From: Kofleriaceae bacterium
Lineage (GTDB): Bacteria; Myxococcota_A; Polyangia; Haliangiales; Haliangiaceae
DNA length: 64,000 bases
Direction: 5' to 3'
Assembly (NCBI GenBank): GCA_041389945.1
Contig: JAWKQW010000037.1
Span: forward strand, 3,770-67,769
In this document: positions 38,560 to 50,004 of the stretch, one piece after another
Layout of the letters: each line of letters begins with the position of its first letter
Position numbering within the stretch: the first letter of the stretch is position 1
Notes under the pieces: model-generated
What the model was told of the DNA's origin: nothing
Database searches by the model: none
Seen by the model: the letters and a program-made list of their open reading frames with translations, nothing else
Position numbers and translations under genes: made by a program

Positions 38560-39519
38560 TGCAGCGGCGCCGTGGTCGCCGAGGGCGATCCGAGCTGGCG
38601 CTCGATGCCCGGCGCCGACCGGCGCGCACCGACACCTCGACGCCGGTTTCCAGCCTGGCGCCGCTGCAGCGGGGTCGAGCCCGGCGAAGAAGTCAGCCTC
38701 GACAAGCACTGCGCTGAGTTCGTCGCCGCGCACGCGCCGCTGGCCAAGTGGCGAGTTCGACGCTGGAATCCTCGAGGTCAAGGTGGCCATTGCAGCGGCG
38801 ACCCGCCTACGCGCCGAGTCCAAGGCCGCCGCGAGGGCGCGACGTCGACGCCTGCAGGCGCTGCTCGCCGAGGGCCCACCAGGTGCTGCGCACCGCGGTA
38901 CGGTCAAGGCCGGCGGCGCCGCCGGCGTCATCATCGCTGCGCATGCTGGCTTCCACGAGATCGGCCGCGAACCAGCACGCCGCCGCCGCCGCTGCGTTCG
39001 GCGAGCTGGTCGAGCGGTCGTGCCACCGACCTCGGCGCCAGTGCTGCTGAGTTCAAGACCTACCGCGCGGTGTCAGCGGCCTGGCGCCGGCAGCCCGACC
39101 GAGGGTGCGGTCGTTGTACTTGCCGGGTGACCTGATCCGAAGCGCAGGCCGAGGCCGCGCACGATGGCGCGGGCGAGGCGGGGCCGTCGGCGACGGCGCT
39201 GGCGCCTGGGGCCGCGATCCGCGCCGGGGCCGGCTGACGCTGGCTGGGCTTCGGCGTGGCGTCATGAAGCCTGGCGGTCGAGGGCGACCTCCTGCTGCTC
39301 GGCGCGCCTGCACCCGCCGTCGACAGCGTAGCTCGTCGCCGACGCCACCCGCGACGCCGGCGAGGCCAAGGACGCGCGCTACGCCGCGCTGTGTACCGGC
39401 GAGCCTGGCCTACGCCAGCCGCCGCTTCGCCGCTGTCCGCCCTCATCGATCGCGCGATCGGGCAGCCGCGGATCGACGTGCCGACCAACGACGCGCCGAG
39501 CCGCGCCTGCGCCAGGTAA
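38560..39519 (+). other. Degraded plus-strand coding remnants, function unknown
   Basis: No clean ORF. Short stretches with high third-position GC and protein-like composition appear in alternating plus frames: VSLDKHCAEFVAAHAPLAK, GEFDAGILEVKVAIAAATRLRAESKAAA, GVIIAAHAGFHEIGRE, AAAAFGELVERS, TDLGASAAEFKTYRAVSAAW, LAVEGDLLLLGAPAPAVDS, LVADATRDAGEAKDARYAAL, PLSALIDRAIGQPRIDVPTNDAP (TAA 39517-39519). Confidence 0.3.
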
Positions 39520-39530
39520 CAGGAGACGCG

Positions 39531-40130
39531 ATGCGGGTGGGCGCGCTGGCCCAGGCCGCGAGCGGCCTCGCGGCGTCGATGGCGGCGCTGCCGGCGTGCG
39601 GCGAGCGCTGCACCGCCGAGGACAAGGCCGAGCTGGTCGCCGGCGCCGTCGGCATCTCGAACATGTTCTACAACGTGTTCGCGACCTCGCTCGACGAGGC
39701 GTACTACGCGCCGACCAAGGCCATCTACCTGACCATCGCGCAGCACGGCGACGCCGCGCGCAAGGCCGAGGCCGAGAAGTTCACCGCCCAGCTCGATCAG
39801 TTCAAGACCAACTCGAAGCCCAAGACCGGCAAGCACGACGCCGCGGTGGTGGCGCCGCTGCTCGCGATGCGCGAGCAGGTCGTGGTGGCGTGCTACGAGC
39901 AGGGCCTCGCCGGCACGCCGACGCTCGCCGGGCAGGTCAAGCTGGCCCTCGAGGTCGCCGCCGACGGGCGCATCACCGGCGCCAGCACGACGCCGGCGGC
40001 GGGCGCCCAGGGGCTGGCGGCCGTCGGTGGCTGCGTCGAGGCCGCGGCCCGCACGTGGACGCTGCCGGCGCGCACGATGCCTGGCGTCACCCGCCTGTCG
40101 ATCGCCTACGATCTCTCGCCCAAGCAGTAG
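39531..40130 (+). CDS. Lipoprotein with an AgmX/PglI-type (TonB-C-like) C-terminal domain
   Basis: AGGAG ribosome-binding site then ATG 39531 (in the ORF 39105..40130 frame): MRVGALAQAASGLAASMAALPAC.., Lys-rich middle (FKTNSKPKTGKHD), C-terminus CYEQGLAGTPTLAGQVKLALEVAADGRITGAS..CVEAAARTWTLP. Confidence 0.85.
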   Translation: MRVGALAQAASGLAASMAALPACGERCTAEDKAELVAGAVGISNMFYNVFATSLDEAYYAPTKAIYLTIAQHGDAARKAEAEKFTAQLDQFKTNSKPKTGKHDAAVVAPLLAMREQVVVACYEQGLAGTPTLAGQVKLALEVAADGRITGASTTPAAGAQGLAAVGGCVEAAARTWTLPARTMPGVTRLSIAYDLSPKQ

Positions 40131-40142
40131 CGCCGCGGCGCC

Positions 40143-41508
40143 TCAGGCGCCGGCCCGCACCATCGCGTGGGCCAGGGCGCGCCGGCGCGGCTGCTCGGGA
40201 TCGAGCGCGGCGGCCGCGGCATCGGCGTGGCGCAGGTAACCGCGCAGCGCCTGCTGGCACGCGCGCTGGTCGCCAGCGCGCTGCGCGGCGGCGGCGGCGT
40301 TCCAGTGGTGCAGCGGCCAGCTCGGCGCCAGCGTCGCCGCGCGCTCGAGCCAGGCGCGGGCCGCGGGCACCTCGCCGCACGCCAGCAGGCACAGCCCCAG
40401 GCTCGACGCGATCTCGGGATCGTCGGGGCGCAGCGCGGCGGCGCGCTCGAGCAGCGGGCGCGCGCCGTCGGTGTCGCCGGCGGCGAGCAGCTCGTTGGCG
40501 CGGCCGAGCTGCGGCGCGTCCTCGGTGAGCTCCGGGGTCTGGCCGAGGTGGGCGTCGCCGAGCGCGAGCAGATCGCGGCCGAGGTAGTACGCCGCGGGCA
40601 GGTCGCGGTGCAGCCCGACCGCGGCGCGGGCCGCGCGCGCGAGCAGGTCACGCTCGGCGGCGTCGGTGGCGTCGACGACGTCGACGTAGCCCTCGCGGCG
40701 CAGCGGTGCGAGCAGCTCGCGCTCGAGGCGACCACGTGGCGCGATCGTCGTACCAGCAGCTCGCGAGGGCGCCGGCGCCGTCGACCAGCGTGGCCAGGCC
40801 TCGGGCAGCGGCGCTCGCCCGAGACCGCCACCACCCGGGCCAGCACGCGGCGGCCGTCGGGGTGGGCGAGGGTGGCCCGTCGACGCGCTGGCGGGATCTG
40901 CGTCGGCAACGCGGGCGGCGCCGGCAACGAGGGCCGCGCGCCGGAGCGCGCCGCGGCGGCTGGGGCAGGTCGAGGCGACCGCACAGCTCGGCGACCAGCG
41001 CCGCGGCCACGTCCGGCGCGTCCTCGGCCATGGCAGAGACGATCGCGAGCTGGTCGTCGTCGTCGAGGCGGTGGATCATCAGCTCGACCGCGGCGGCGAC
41101 GTCGGCGGTGTCGGTGAGTTGGGCCGCGAGCTGCGCTGCCGAACGGCGCTGCACCAGGTCGGGATCGGCGAAGCGGGCGGTGTCCGCGGCGTCGGGGGCG
41201 CCCAGCGCCGCGAGCAGGCCCAGCGCGGCGACCCGGGCGGCGTCGGCCCGGGCCTCGTCGCGCAGCGCGGCCAGCGCGACGCGGACCCGCTCGGCGTTGG
41301 TCTCGGCGACCACCAGCAGCAGCTCGCGGGCTCGGGCCCGGCGCAGATCGTCGTCGCCGGCGAGGTGCCGGAGCAGGAGCGGGATGGCCAGGGGCCCGAG
41401 GTCGCGGGCCCAGGCGGACGCCCGGCGGGCGCTGTACCGGGTGCCGCGGGCGAGGTCATCAGCCAGCGCGCGGAGCTTCGAAAAGCTTAGATCTCCGTCG
41501 CTTACCAT
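40143..41508 (-). pseudogene. HEAT/TPR-repeat protein; four same-direction frame switches between ~40730 and ~40965
   Basis: N-terminus in ORF 40648..41508 (MVSDGDLSFSKLRALADD..LLLRHLAGDDDLRRARARELLLVV..). C-terminus is TPR-like (..LGRANELLAAGDTDGARPLLERAAALRPDDPEIASSLGLCLLACGEVPAARAWLERAATLAP..) and ends at 40143; only its last 75 aa appear in the track (40143..40370). Bridging pieces lie in successive frames. Confidence 0.75.
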
Positions 41509-41775
41509 GAGCGACGCTACACTAGGTGTATGGTCACGATCGGTCAGGTGCGTGGAAGCCGTCGCGGGAGGGGCGGAGAGCGCTCCTCGGCGTCGGTGTC
41601 GGCGATGCTCGCGCGGCGCCGATCAGGAGTGATCCGGCGCTCGCTGTCGGCATTGCACGGCCCACCGGGGCGGGGACGGCGCGTCGCTGTCTCGTAGGTG
41701 TCGCACCGACGTCGGTCTCGCTCGACCGGCGGCGGCGGGCCGAAGGTGCCGCCCAGCATTCGCGGAGGCACGATC

Positions 41776-43366
41776 ATGGCAAAACACCGAGTCGACCGCC
41801 GTCAACGCCCTCATCGAGCTTCGTCGCGCCAGCGCCCGATCGGAGAGCACGAGCGACGAGCTGCTGTTCGCGGAGCCGCCGTGCCGTCCGGGGCCTGCGG
41901 CCGCCGCCCGACGTCGTCGCCGCAGATCGCGGCGTCCGCACCGCGGACGTCGTCGCCGTAGCTCGCGCCGCCGCCGGTGCCTCGCTGCCGCCTGGACCTC
42001 GTCGTCGCAGCTCGCGGTGCCGCCACCGTTTCCCGCGGCGCGCACCTCGTCGCCGCAGCTCGCGGTGCCGCCGCCGACCGCGCGCATCTCGTCCTCGGGG
42101 CTGCCGGTGCCGTCGAGCCACGCCGCCGAGGCGCCGCTGCCGCGCCACCGCGCGGCGTCCGCGAGCCACCACCCGTTCGCGCCGATGCCGGAGATGCCGG
42201 ACTGGTCCGATCGCACCGAGCCGCGGGCGCAGCCGATGATGATGCCGCTGACCGCGCCGATGACGCAGCCGGTGCCGCGGGTGGCCGCGCCGACCCCGGT
42301 GCGCCCGGTCGCGCCGGCGCCGGCCTGGCTGTCGCAGCCAGCGCCGGTGCCCTCGCCGGTGGCGCCGCCCGCGCCGGTCGAGCTGTCGCCGGCGCGCTCG
42401 CGCAGGTCAGGGGCCAGCCGTTCGGCCCGATCTTCGGGCGTCACCGCGCCGGTGCAGCTCATCGATGGCGCCGACTGGTTCCAGGCGTCGACGGTGGTGG
42501 CCCGCATCGACGAGCACGATTCAACACCCAGGCGGTGGCGTCCGCGTCGGCGCGGCTGGCGGCGCTCGCCGCCGCGGCGGGCAGCGGCTTCGTCGGCTAC
42601 CGGCTGCTCGCGGTGCACCACGCCGCCGCGATCTCGACGCCGGCGCTGGCCGCGGCGCTCACGGCGCCGCCGCTGCCGCCGCCGGCGAGCCAGGCCACGG
42701 CGCTCGCCGTGCTCACCTCCTCGCGGGCGACGATGCCGTCGCGCCGGCGGTGGTCGCCGCCGAGGTCCTGGCCGCCGCGCCGACCTGGCACCGTGGTCAC
42801 CTTCACGTCGACGCTGCCGGGCGCCGCCGTCGCGCTGGTCGACGATGGCCGATCGCGCCGCTCGGCACCACGCCGCTGGTACTGCTCGACGCCAGCCGCG
42901 CCTTCGACGTGGTGTTCACCCTCGACGGGGCGGCCGAGCCGGGTCGAGCACCTCGTCGCCGGTGCCGGTGGCGAGATCGCGGTGACGTTCGCCGCGAGCC
43001 GACGCCGGCGGTGGTCGCCGCCGAGCCGACGCCCGCGCCGGTCGCCGAACGAGCCGGCGCCTGCGCCGGTCGCGCCGGTCGCCGTGGCCAAGGCCCCGCG
43101 CGCGACCCGCGCGCCGGCGGCGCCCAGTCGCGGCCGCGCCGACCTCGGCCACGGCACGCTGGATACGCCAAGCCGCCGTGCGAGATCTGCCCCGACGGCC
43201 AGGCCACCGGGCTTCACCACCCCTGGCAGAGCTCCCGGCGACCGTCGGCGCGCGTCGCATCACGCTCGTCAACAAGGAGCACGGCATCCGCAAGAGCGTC
43301 ACCGCGACGGTGACCGCCGGCAAGGCGACCAAGGTCGTCAAGGACTACACCGCGCTCATCAAGTAG
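41776..43366 (+). pseudogene. Pro-rich repeat protein with a PEGA-like C-terminal domain; at least 8 frame switches plus an in-repeat TAG
   Basis: GGAGG ribosome-binding site then ATG 41776. Pieces: TESTAVNALIELRRASARSESTSDELLFAEPP; TSSPQLAVPPP repeats; ..HHPFAPMPEMPDWSDRTEPRAQPMMMPLTAPMTQPVPRVAAPTPVRPVAPAPAW..; VQLIDGADWFQASTVVARIDEHD; AVASASARLAALAAAAGSGFVGYRLLAVHHAA; PLVLLDASRAFDVVFTLDG; AKPPCEICPDGQATG; ELPATVGARRITLVNKEHGIRKSVTATVTAGKATKVVKDYTALIK (stop 43364-43366). Confidence 0.6.
41911..42115 (+). repeat. Five degenerate tandem units (~36-48 nt) encoding TSS(P/S)Q(L/I)A(V)PPP
   Basis: Units begin acgtcgtcgccgCAGatcgcg (41911), acgtcgtcgccgTAGctcgcg (41947), acctcgtcgtcgCAGctcgcg, acctcgtcgccgCAGctcgcg, atctcgtcctcggggctgccg. 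Unit 2 has TAG (41959-41961) where the others have CAG. Confidence 0.8.
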
Positions 43367-43369
43367 CTC

Positions 43370-44113
43370 GTGTCCGCGGTCGAGCTCGGCCTGGCGGCGC
43401 TCCTGGTCGCGGCCGGCGTCGTCGCCGGGTGGATCAACACGGTGGCCGGCGCCGGCAGCGTGGTGTCGCTGCCGGTGTTGCTCCTGTGGGGGCTGCCGGT
43501 GGCCGAGGCCAACGGCACCTTGCGCCTCGCCATCCTGGTGCAGACCGCGATGGCCGCGCATCGGGCTTCTACCGCGCCGGCGCCCTGCGCTCGGTGCGGT
43601 TGTGGCCGGTGGTGCTGGTGACGGTCGGCGCGCTCGCTGGGGCCGCGCTCGCGACCCAGGTGCCGGCGTCGGTGCTCACCTGGGTGCTCGCGGGCACCAT
43701 GTTGCTCGTCGGGCTCGGCATGCTGGCGCCGACCGCGGTCGCCGCCGAGGCGCGGCCGCTGACCTCGTCACTGCGTGCGCGCTGGTGGCCGCCGGTGCGC
43801 ACGGCGGGCTGGCCCAGGCCGGCGTCGGGCTGGTGCTGGTGTTATGCTGGTCCGCGGCCTCGGCCACGACCTCGTCGTCGCCAACGCGCTCAAGACGGTG
43901 GCGACCCTGGCGCTGGCGACGGTGGTGGTGCCGATCTTCGTCGTCGCTGATCTTGCGCGCTGGGGGCCGGCTGCCGCCGCCGGCGGCAGCGCCGCGTCGG
44001 CGCGCTGCTCGGCGTGCTTCGCGGTCCGCCGCGATCAGGCGCAGCCCGTCATCGTGGTCATCGCGCTCGTCGGCGCCGTCGTCGTCGGCGTCCGCGGCCT
44101 GACCCAGGGCTGA
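43370..44113 (+). pseudogene. TauE/SafE (TSUP) family anion exporter; at least 5 frame switches
   Basis: GTG 43370: MSAVELGLAALLVAAGVVAGWINTVAGAGSVVSLPVLLLWGLPVAEANGTLRLAILVQT. It continues in other frames: GFYRAGALRSVRLWPVVLVTVGALAGAALATQVPASVLTWVLAGTMLLVGLGML; ALVAAGAHGGLAQAGVGLVLVL; VRGLGHDLVVANALKTVATLALATVVVPIF..; ..AVRRDQAQPVIVVIALVGAVVVGVRGLTQG (stop 44111-44113). Confidence 0.7.
44021..44113 (+). repeat. Direct repeat copy 1, the in-use 3' end of the TauE gene
   Basis: gcggtccgccgcgatcag..atcgtggtcatcgcgctcgtcggcgccgtcgtcgtcggcgtccgcggcctgacccagggctga. Repeated at 44808-44907. Confidence 0.85.
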
Positions 44114-44807
44114 ATCGGCGCGGGTAGACGGGCGTGCATCCGCGCGCGGTGTTGGGCGTGCGCCGACACCGCGGGCGCTTTCCTTCTCGCCGAGCAGTTC
44201 GGCGAGTATCAACGCACGCCATCCCGAGGCCTAGCGCGGAGGCGTGAACCAAGGGGTATTCATGAGCGCGCGCGAGGAGCTTGCACCGGTGGTGGTCTGG
44301 CCGTGGCCGTCGAGCGCTACCTCGCCGACGAAGGGTTCGACGATCGCGTCCCGCAGGCTCACCCCCGGCGACGCCCTGCGCGGATCGCGCGCTCTCGAGC
44401 AGGCGAGCGGTGTCACCCTCTGTCTCCCCAGTATCGTGCGTTTCTGGAGCTCCATGACGGCTACGATTGGCTCGTTCCTCCAGGCTCGATGCTCTCGACG
44501 ACGGATCAGCTGCCCGGCTCGGAGATCCACGAGCTCATTCGTCAATGGAAGGCCCAGTGCGCGACCGACCGCAGCGCGGACGTTGCCGGGGCGATCGTCA
44601 TCGCGCATGAATCGCGACGGCGAGTTCGTCTACCTCGATCCCGCGCAACCGACTGCCGACGGCGAGATGACGGTGATCTCGTTCACGCCCGGAGCACTCA
44701 CAGCCGTATCCAAACCCGGATCGCCTACCTGGAGAGCCGCATCGTCTACTGCGCCGCATCCGTGCCCGACGACGACTTCGACGACGACGTCGTCGACGAC
44801 GACTGAC
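44114..44807 (+). other. ~0.7 kb inserted cassette between the two copies of the TauE 3' end
   Basis: Bounded by the imperfect 93/100-nt direct repeats. Carries one gene (SUKH type). Codon usage is visibly less GC-biased (cgt ttt ctg gag ctc cat gac ggc tac gat tgg; att cgt caa tgg). No recombinase or transposase gene present. Confidence 0.5.
44262..44806 (+). pseudogene. SMI1/KNR4 (SUKH-1) family immunity-type protein; ~6 frame switches
   Basis: ATG 44262. Pieces: MSAREELAPVV / LAVERYLADEGFDD / LTPGDALRGSRALEQASGVTL / PQYRAFLELHDGYDWLVPPGSMLSTTDQLPGSEIHELIRQWKAQC..GAIVIAH / NRDGEFVYLDPAQPTADGEMTVISFTPGALTAV / IAYLESRIVYCAASVPDDDFDDDVVDDD (TGA 44804-44806). Confidence 0.65.
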
Positions 44808-44907
44808 GCGGTCCGCCGCGATCAGCGCGCGGTGCGCCTCGCCATCGTGGTCATCGCGTGCTCGTCGGCGCCGTCGTCGTCGGCGTCCGCGCCTGACCCA
44901 GGGCTGA
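44808..44907 (+). repeat. Direct repeat copy 2, a displaced and degenerate TauE 3' end
   Basis: Same ends as copy 1. The central block is 18 nt instead of 12 nt, with a 2-nt insertion and a 1-nt deletion. It would encode AVRRDQRAVRLAIVVIA..LVGAVVVGVR. Confidence 0.85.
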
Positions 44908-44982
44908 GCGAGCGCGGGCGGCGTGGCGCTGCGGGGGAAGCGCGCCTGGAAACCTACACGGGTCGTCGCCTACGGTCGGGCG

Positions 44983-47667
<2,685 letters not shown>

Positions 47668-47798
47668 GCGGCGGGCACCTGTCATCGCGCCGCGACGTTT
47701 CGCGGCAAGGTTTGACAGCGCGTTTCGTCGACCCGCGCGTTGGCATATCCTCGCGCGCGCACGAGCGCGGGCGAGTGGCCCACGAGGAGGATCCCGAG

Positions 47799-49382
47799 AT
47801 GCAGCGATCGAGCATGGTGATGGCGGCGGTGGTGGCCGCGGCGGTGGCGGCGCCGACGGCGGCGCACGCGTTCTGTGGCTTCTACGTCAGCGGCAGCGGC
47901 GACGCCCTGTACAACGACGCCACCCAGGTGGTGCTGATGCGCGAGGGCCGCACGGTGCTGTCGATGCAGAACGACTACAAGGGCCGCCCGAGGCGTTCGC
48001 GCTGGTGGTGCCGGTGCCGGTGGTCTTGCAGGAGGATCAGGTCAAGACCCTCTCCAAGGACGCTTCGCCAAGGTCGACCAGATGGCGTCGCCGCGGCTGG
48101 TCGAGTACTGGGAGCAGGATCCGTGCGCTCCGGAGCCGGACTACGACGACATGGTGCCGGCGGGGGCCAGCATGGTGAAGATGTCCATGGAGGAGAACGA
48201 GGGTGCCGCGCGTGACCTCGGCGTCACGATCGAGGCGCAGTTCGCCGTCGGCGAGTACCAGATCGTGATCCTGTCGGCCAAGGACTCGACCGGGCTCGAC
48301 ACCTGGCTGCGCCAGGAGAAGTACGCGATCCCGGCCGGGGCCGAGCCGCTGCTCGCGCCGTACGTCGCCGCGGGATCCAAGTTCTTCGTGGCCAAGGTCG
48401 ATCCGGCCAAGGTGATCTTCGAGGGCGGCCGCGCCGCCTTGTCGCCGCTGCGGTTCCACTACGACAGCGAGGAGTTCGCGCTGCCGATCCGGCTGGGGCT
48501 GGCCAACTCGTCGGGCACCCAGGACCTCATCGTGCACATCCTCGCGCGCGGCCAGCGCTACGAGGTGGCCAACTACGAAAACGTCACCATCCCGACCAAC
48601 CTCGACGTCAAGGACGGCGTGCGCGCACGCGGTTCGGCGAGTTCTACGCGGCCTTGTTCGACGGACGGTGGGGCGAAGCACCCGAGGAGCGTGGTCACCG
48701 AGTACGCGTGGGACGCGAGCACGTGTGATCCGTGCCCGGGGCCGAACCTCGACGGCAGCGACTGCGACCCTGGGCGCCGACGTGCTCGGCGACGGCGCGC
48801 GCGACGGCCGGTTCGGGTTCGGCGGCTTCGTGCTCACCCGGCTGCACGCGCGCTACGGCACCGAGCTCACCGAGGACCTGGTGGCTCAGGCGGCGCCGCC
48901 GATCGTCGGCGGGCGCGAGTTCGTGGTCGACGGCGGCAAGCTCGAGGAGCGATCGCGGCCGGCCTCGACCAACAACTTCCAGGCGCGCTACGCGATCCGC
49001 CACGCGTGGACCGGCGCGGTCGCGTGCAAGGATCCCAAGCGCGGGCGCTGGGGCGGCCCGCCGGCGGGCGTCGAGATCGGGGACGGCGGCCCGACCTCGG
49101 CGGGCAAGACCGCGTTCGCGCCGCGCGGCCCCTCGAGCTGGCAGCCAGGTGGCCTCCGACATCCCCGAGCTCGACATCAAGGCCGGCTCGGCAGCATCGG
49201 CGACCGTGCCGCCCGCGGGCAGCGGCGGCTCGGCGGCGGCGCCGCCACCGGCCGCGCCGGCGGCGAAGAAGGGCTGCGGCTGCCAGGCCACCGGCGTCGG
49301 CGACGTCGCCGGCGGCGGCCTGCTCGTCGTCGGCGTGTTGCTCGGGCTCGGAAGGCGCAAGCGCGCCGCGCGCCGCGCGTGA
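47799..49382 (+). pseudogene. DUF2330-family secreted protein with a MYXO-CTERM sorting tail; at least 6 frame switches
   Basis: GAGGAGG ribosome-binding site then ATG 47799: ..AAHAFCGFYVSGSGDALYNDATQVVLMREGRTVLSMQNDYKG / PPEAFALVVPVPVVLQEDQVKTLSKD / ASPRLVEYWEQDPC...IPTNLDVKDGV / VVTEYAWDASTCDPCPGP / LGADVLGD..FVLTRLHARYG..NNFQARYAIRHAWTG.. / ..KKGCGCQATGVGDVAGGGLLVVGVLLGLGRRKRAARRA (stop 49380-49382). Confidence 0.75.
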
Positions 49383-49392
49383 CCAGGGCGCG

Positions 49393-50004
49393 CTACGGCC
49401 GGATCCAGAAAGTCAGCGTGTGCGCGCGCTCCGGCGCCGTCGGCGGATCGCCGACCTCGCGCCAGCTCATCGACGCCTGCACGCCGTCGAGCCGACGATA
49501 GCCGCGGCGGCGCCAGAGTTCGTCGAGCGGCCGGTAGCCCGCGGGCCGACGCGGATCGTCGACGGCGCGATCGACCGCGCAGAACGCGGTGATCGGCGAG
49601 CCGAGCTCGGCCGCCACCGCCTCGCGGTGGTCGAAGAACACGTGGCCGAGGCCGCGACCACGATACCGGGCGTCGAGCACCGACTCGCCGAAGTAGTACA
49701 CGCGGTCGGGATCGAGGCCGCCGCCGGCGAGGGCCTCGGCGATGGTCGGATCGTGGCCGCGCGCGGGCAGGGCGGTGGACGCGCCGACCAGGGCGTCGCC
49801 GTCGAAGGCGGCCACCACCAGCGCCCGCGGATCGGCGGCGTACCCGGCCAGGTAGCGCGCCTCGTAGGCGACGGTGCCGTCGTACAGGTACGGGTAGTCG
49901 CGGAACACGCCGATGCGCAGCGCCGCCAGCGCGTCGACGATCGGCGCGACCGCCGCGCCGCGCAGCCGCTCGACGCGCACGCTCACCCGACCTGGCGCAG
50001 CCAC
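49393..50004 (-). CDS. GNAT-family N-acetyltransferase
   Basis: ORF 49393..50004 (203 aa): YFGESVLDARYRGRGLGHVFFDHRE. The start may be the internal GTG (VSVRVERL). Confidence 0.8.
   Translation of the reverse strand: MAAPGRVSVRVERLRGAAVAPIVDALAALRIGVFRDYPYLYDGTVAYEARYLAGYAADPRALVVAAFDGDALVGASTALPARGHDPTIAEALAGGGLDPDRVYYFGESVLDARYRGRGLGHVFFDHREAVAAELGSPITAFCAVDRAVDDPRRPAGYRPLDELWRRRGYRRLDGVQASMSWREVGDPPTAPERAHTLTFWIRP

Noticed and set aside
44231-44608. 125-aa minus-strand ORF inside the inserted cassette
   Set aside because: It is antisense to the SUKH-type gene, which has a clear family signature (PQYRAFLELHDGYDW). The minus-strand ORF has no motif and an Arg-rich composition.
47733-47748. 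TTGGCATatcctCGCgc upstream of the DUF2330 gene as a sigma54 promoter
   Set aside because: The GG-to-GC spacing is one nucleotide short of the canonical -24/-12 geometry.
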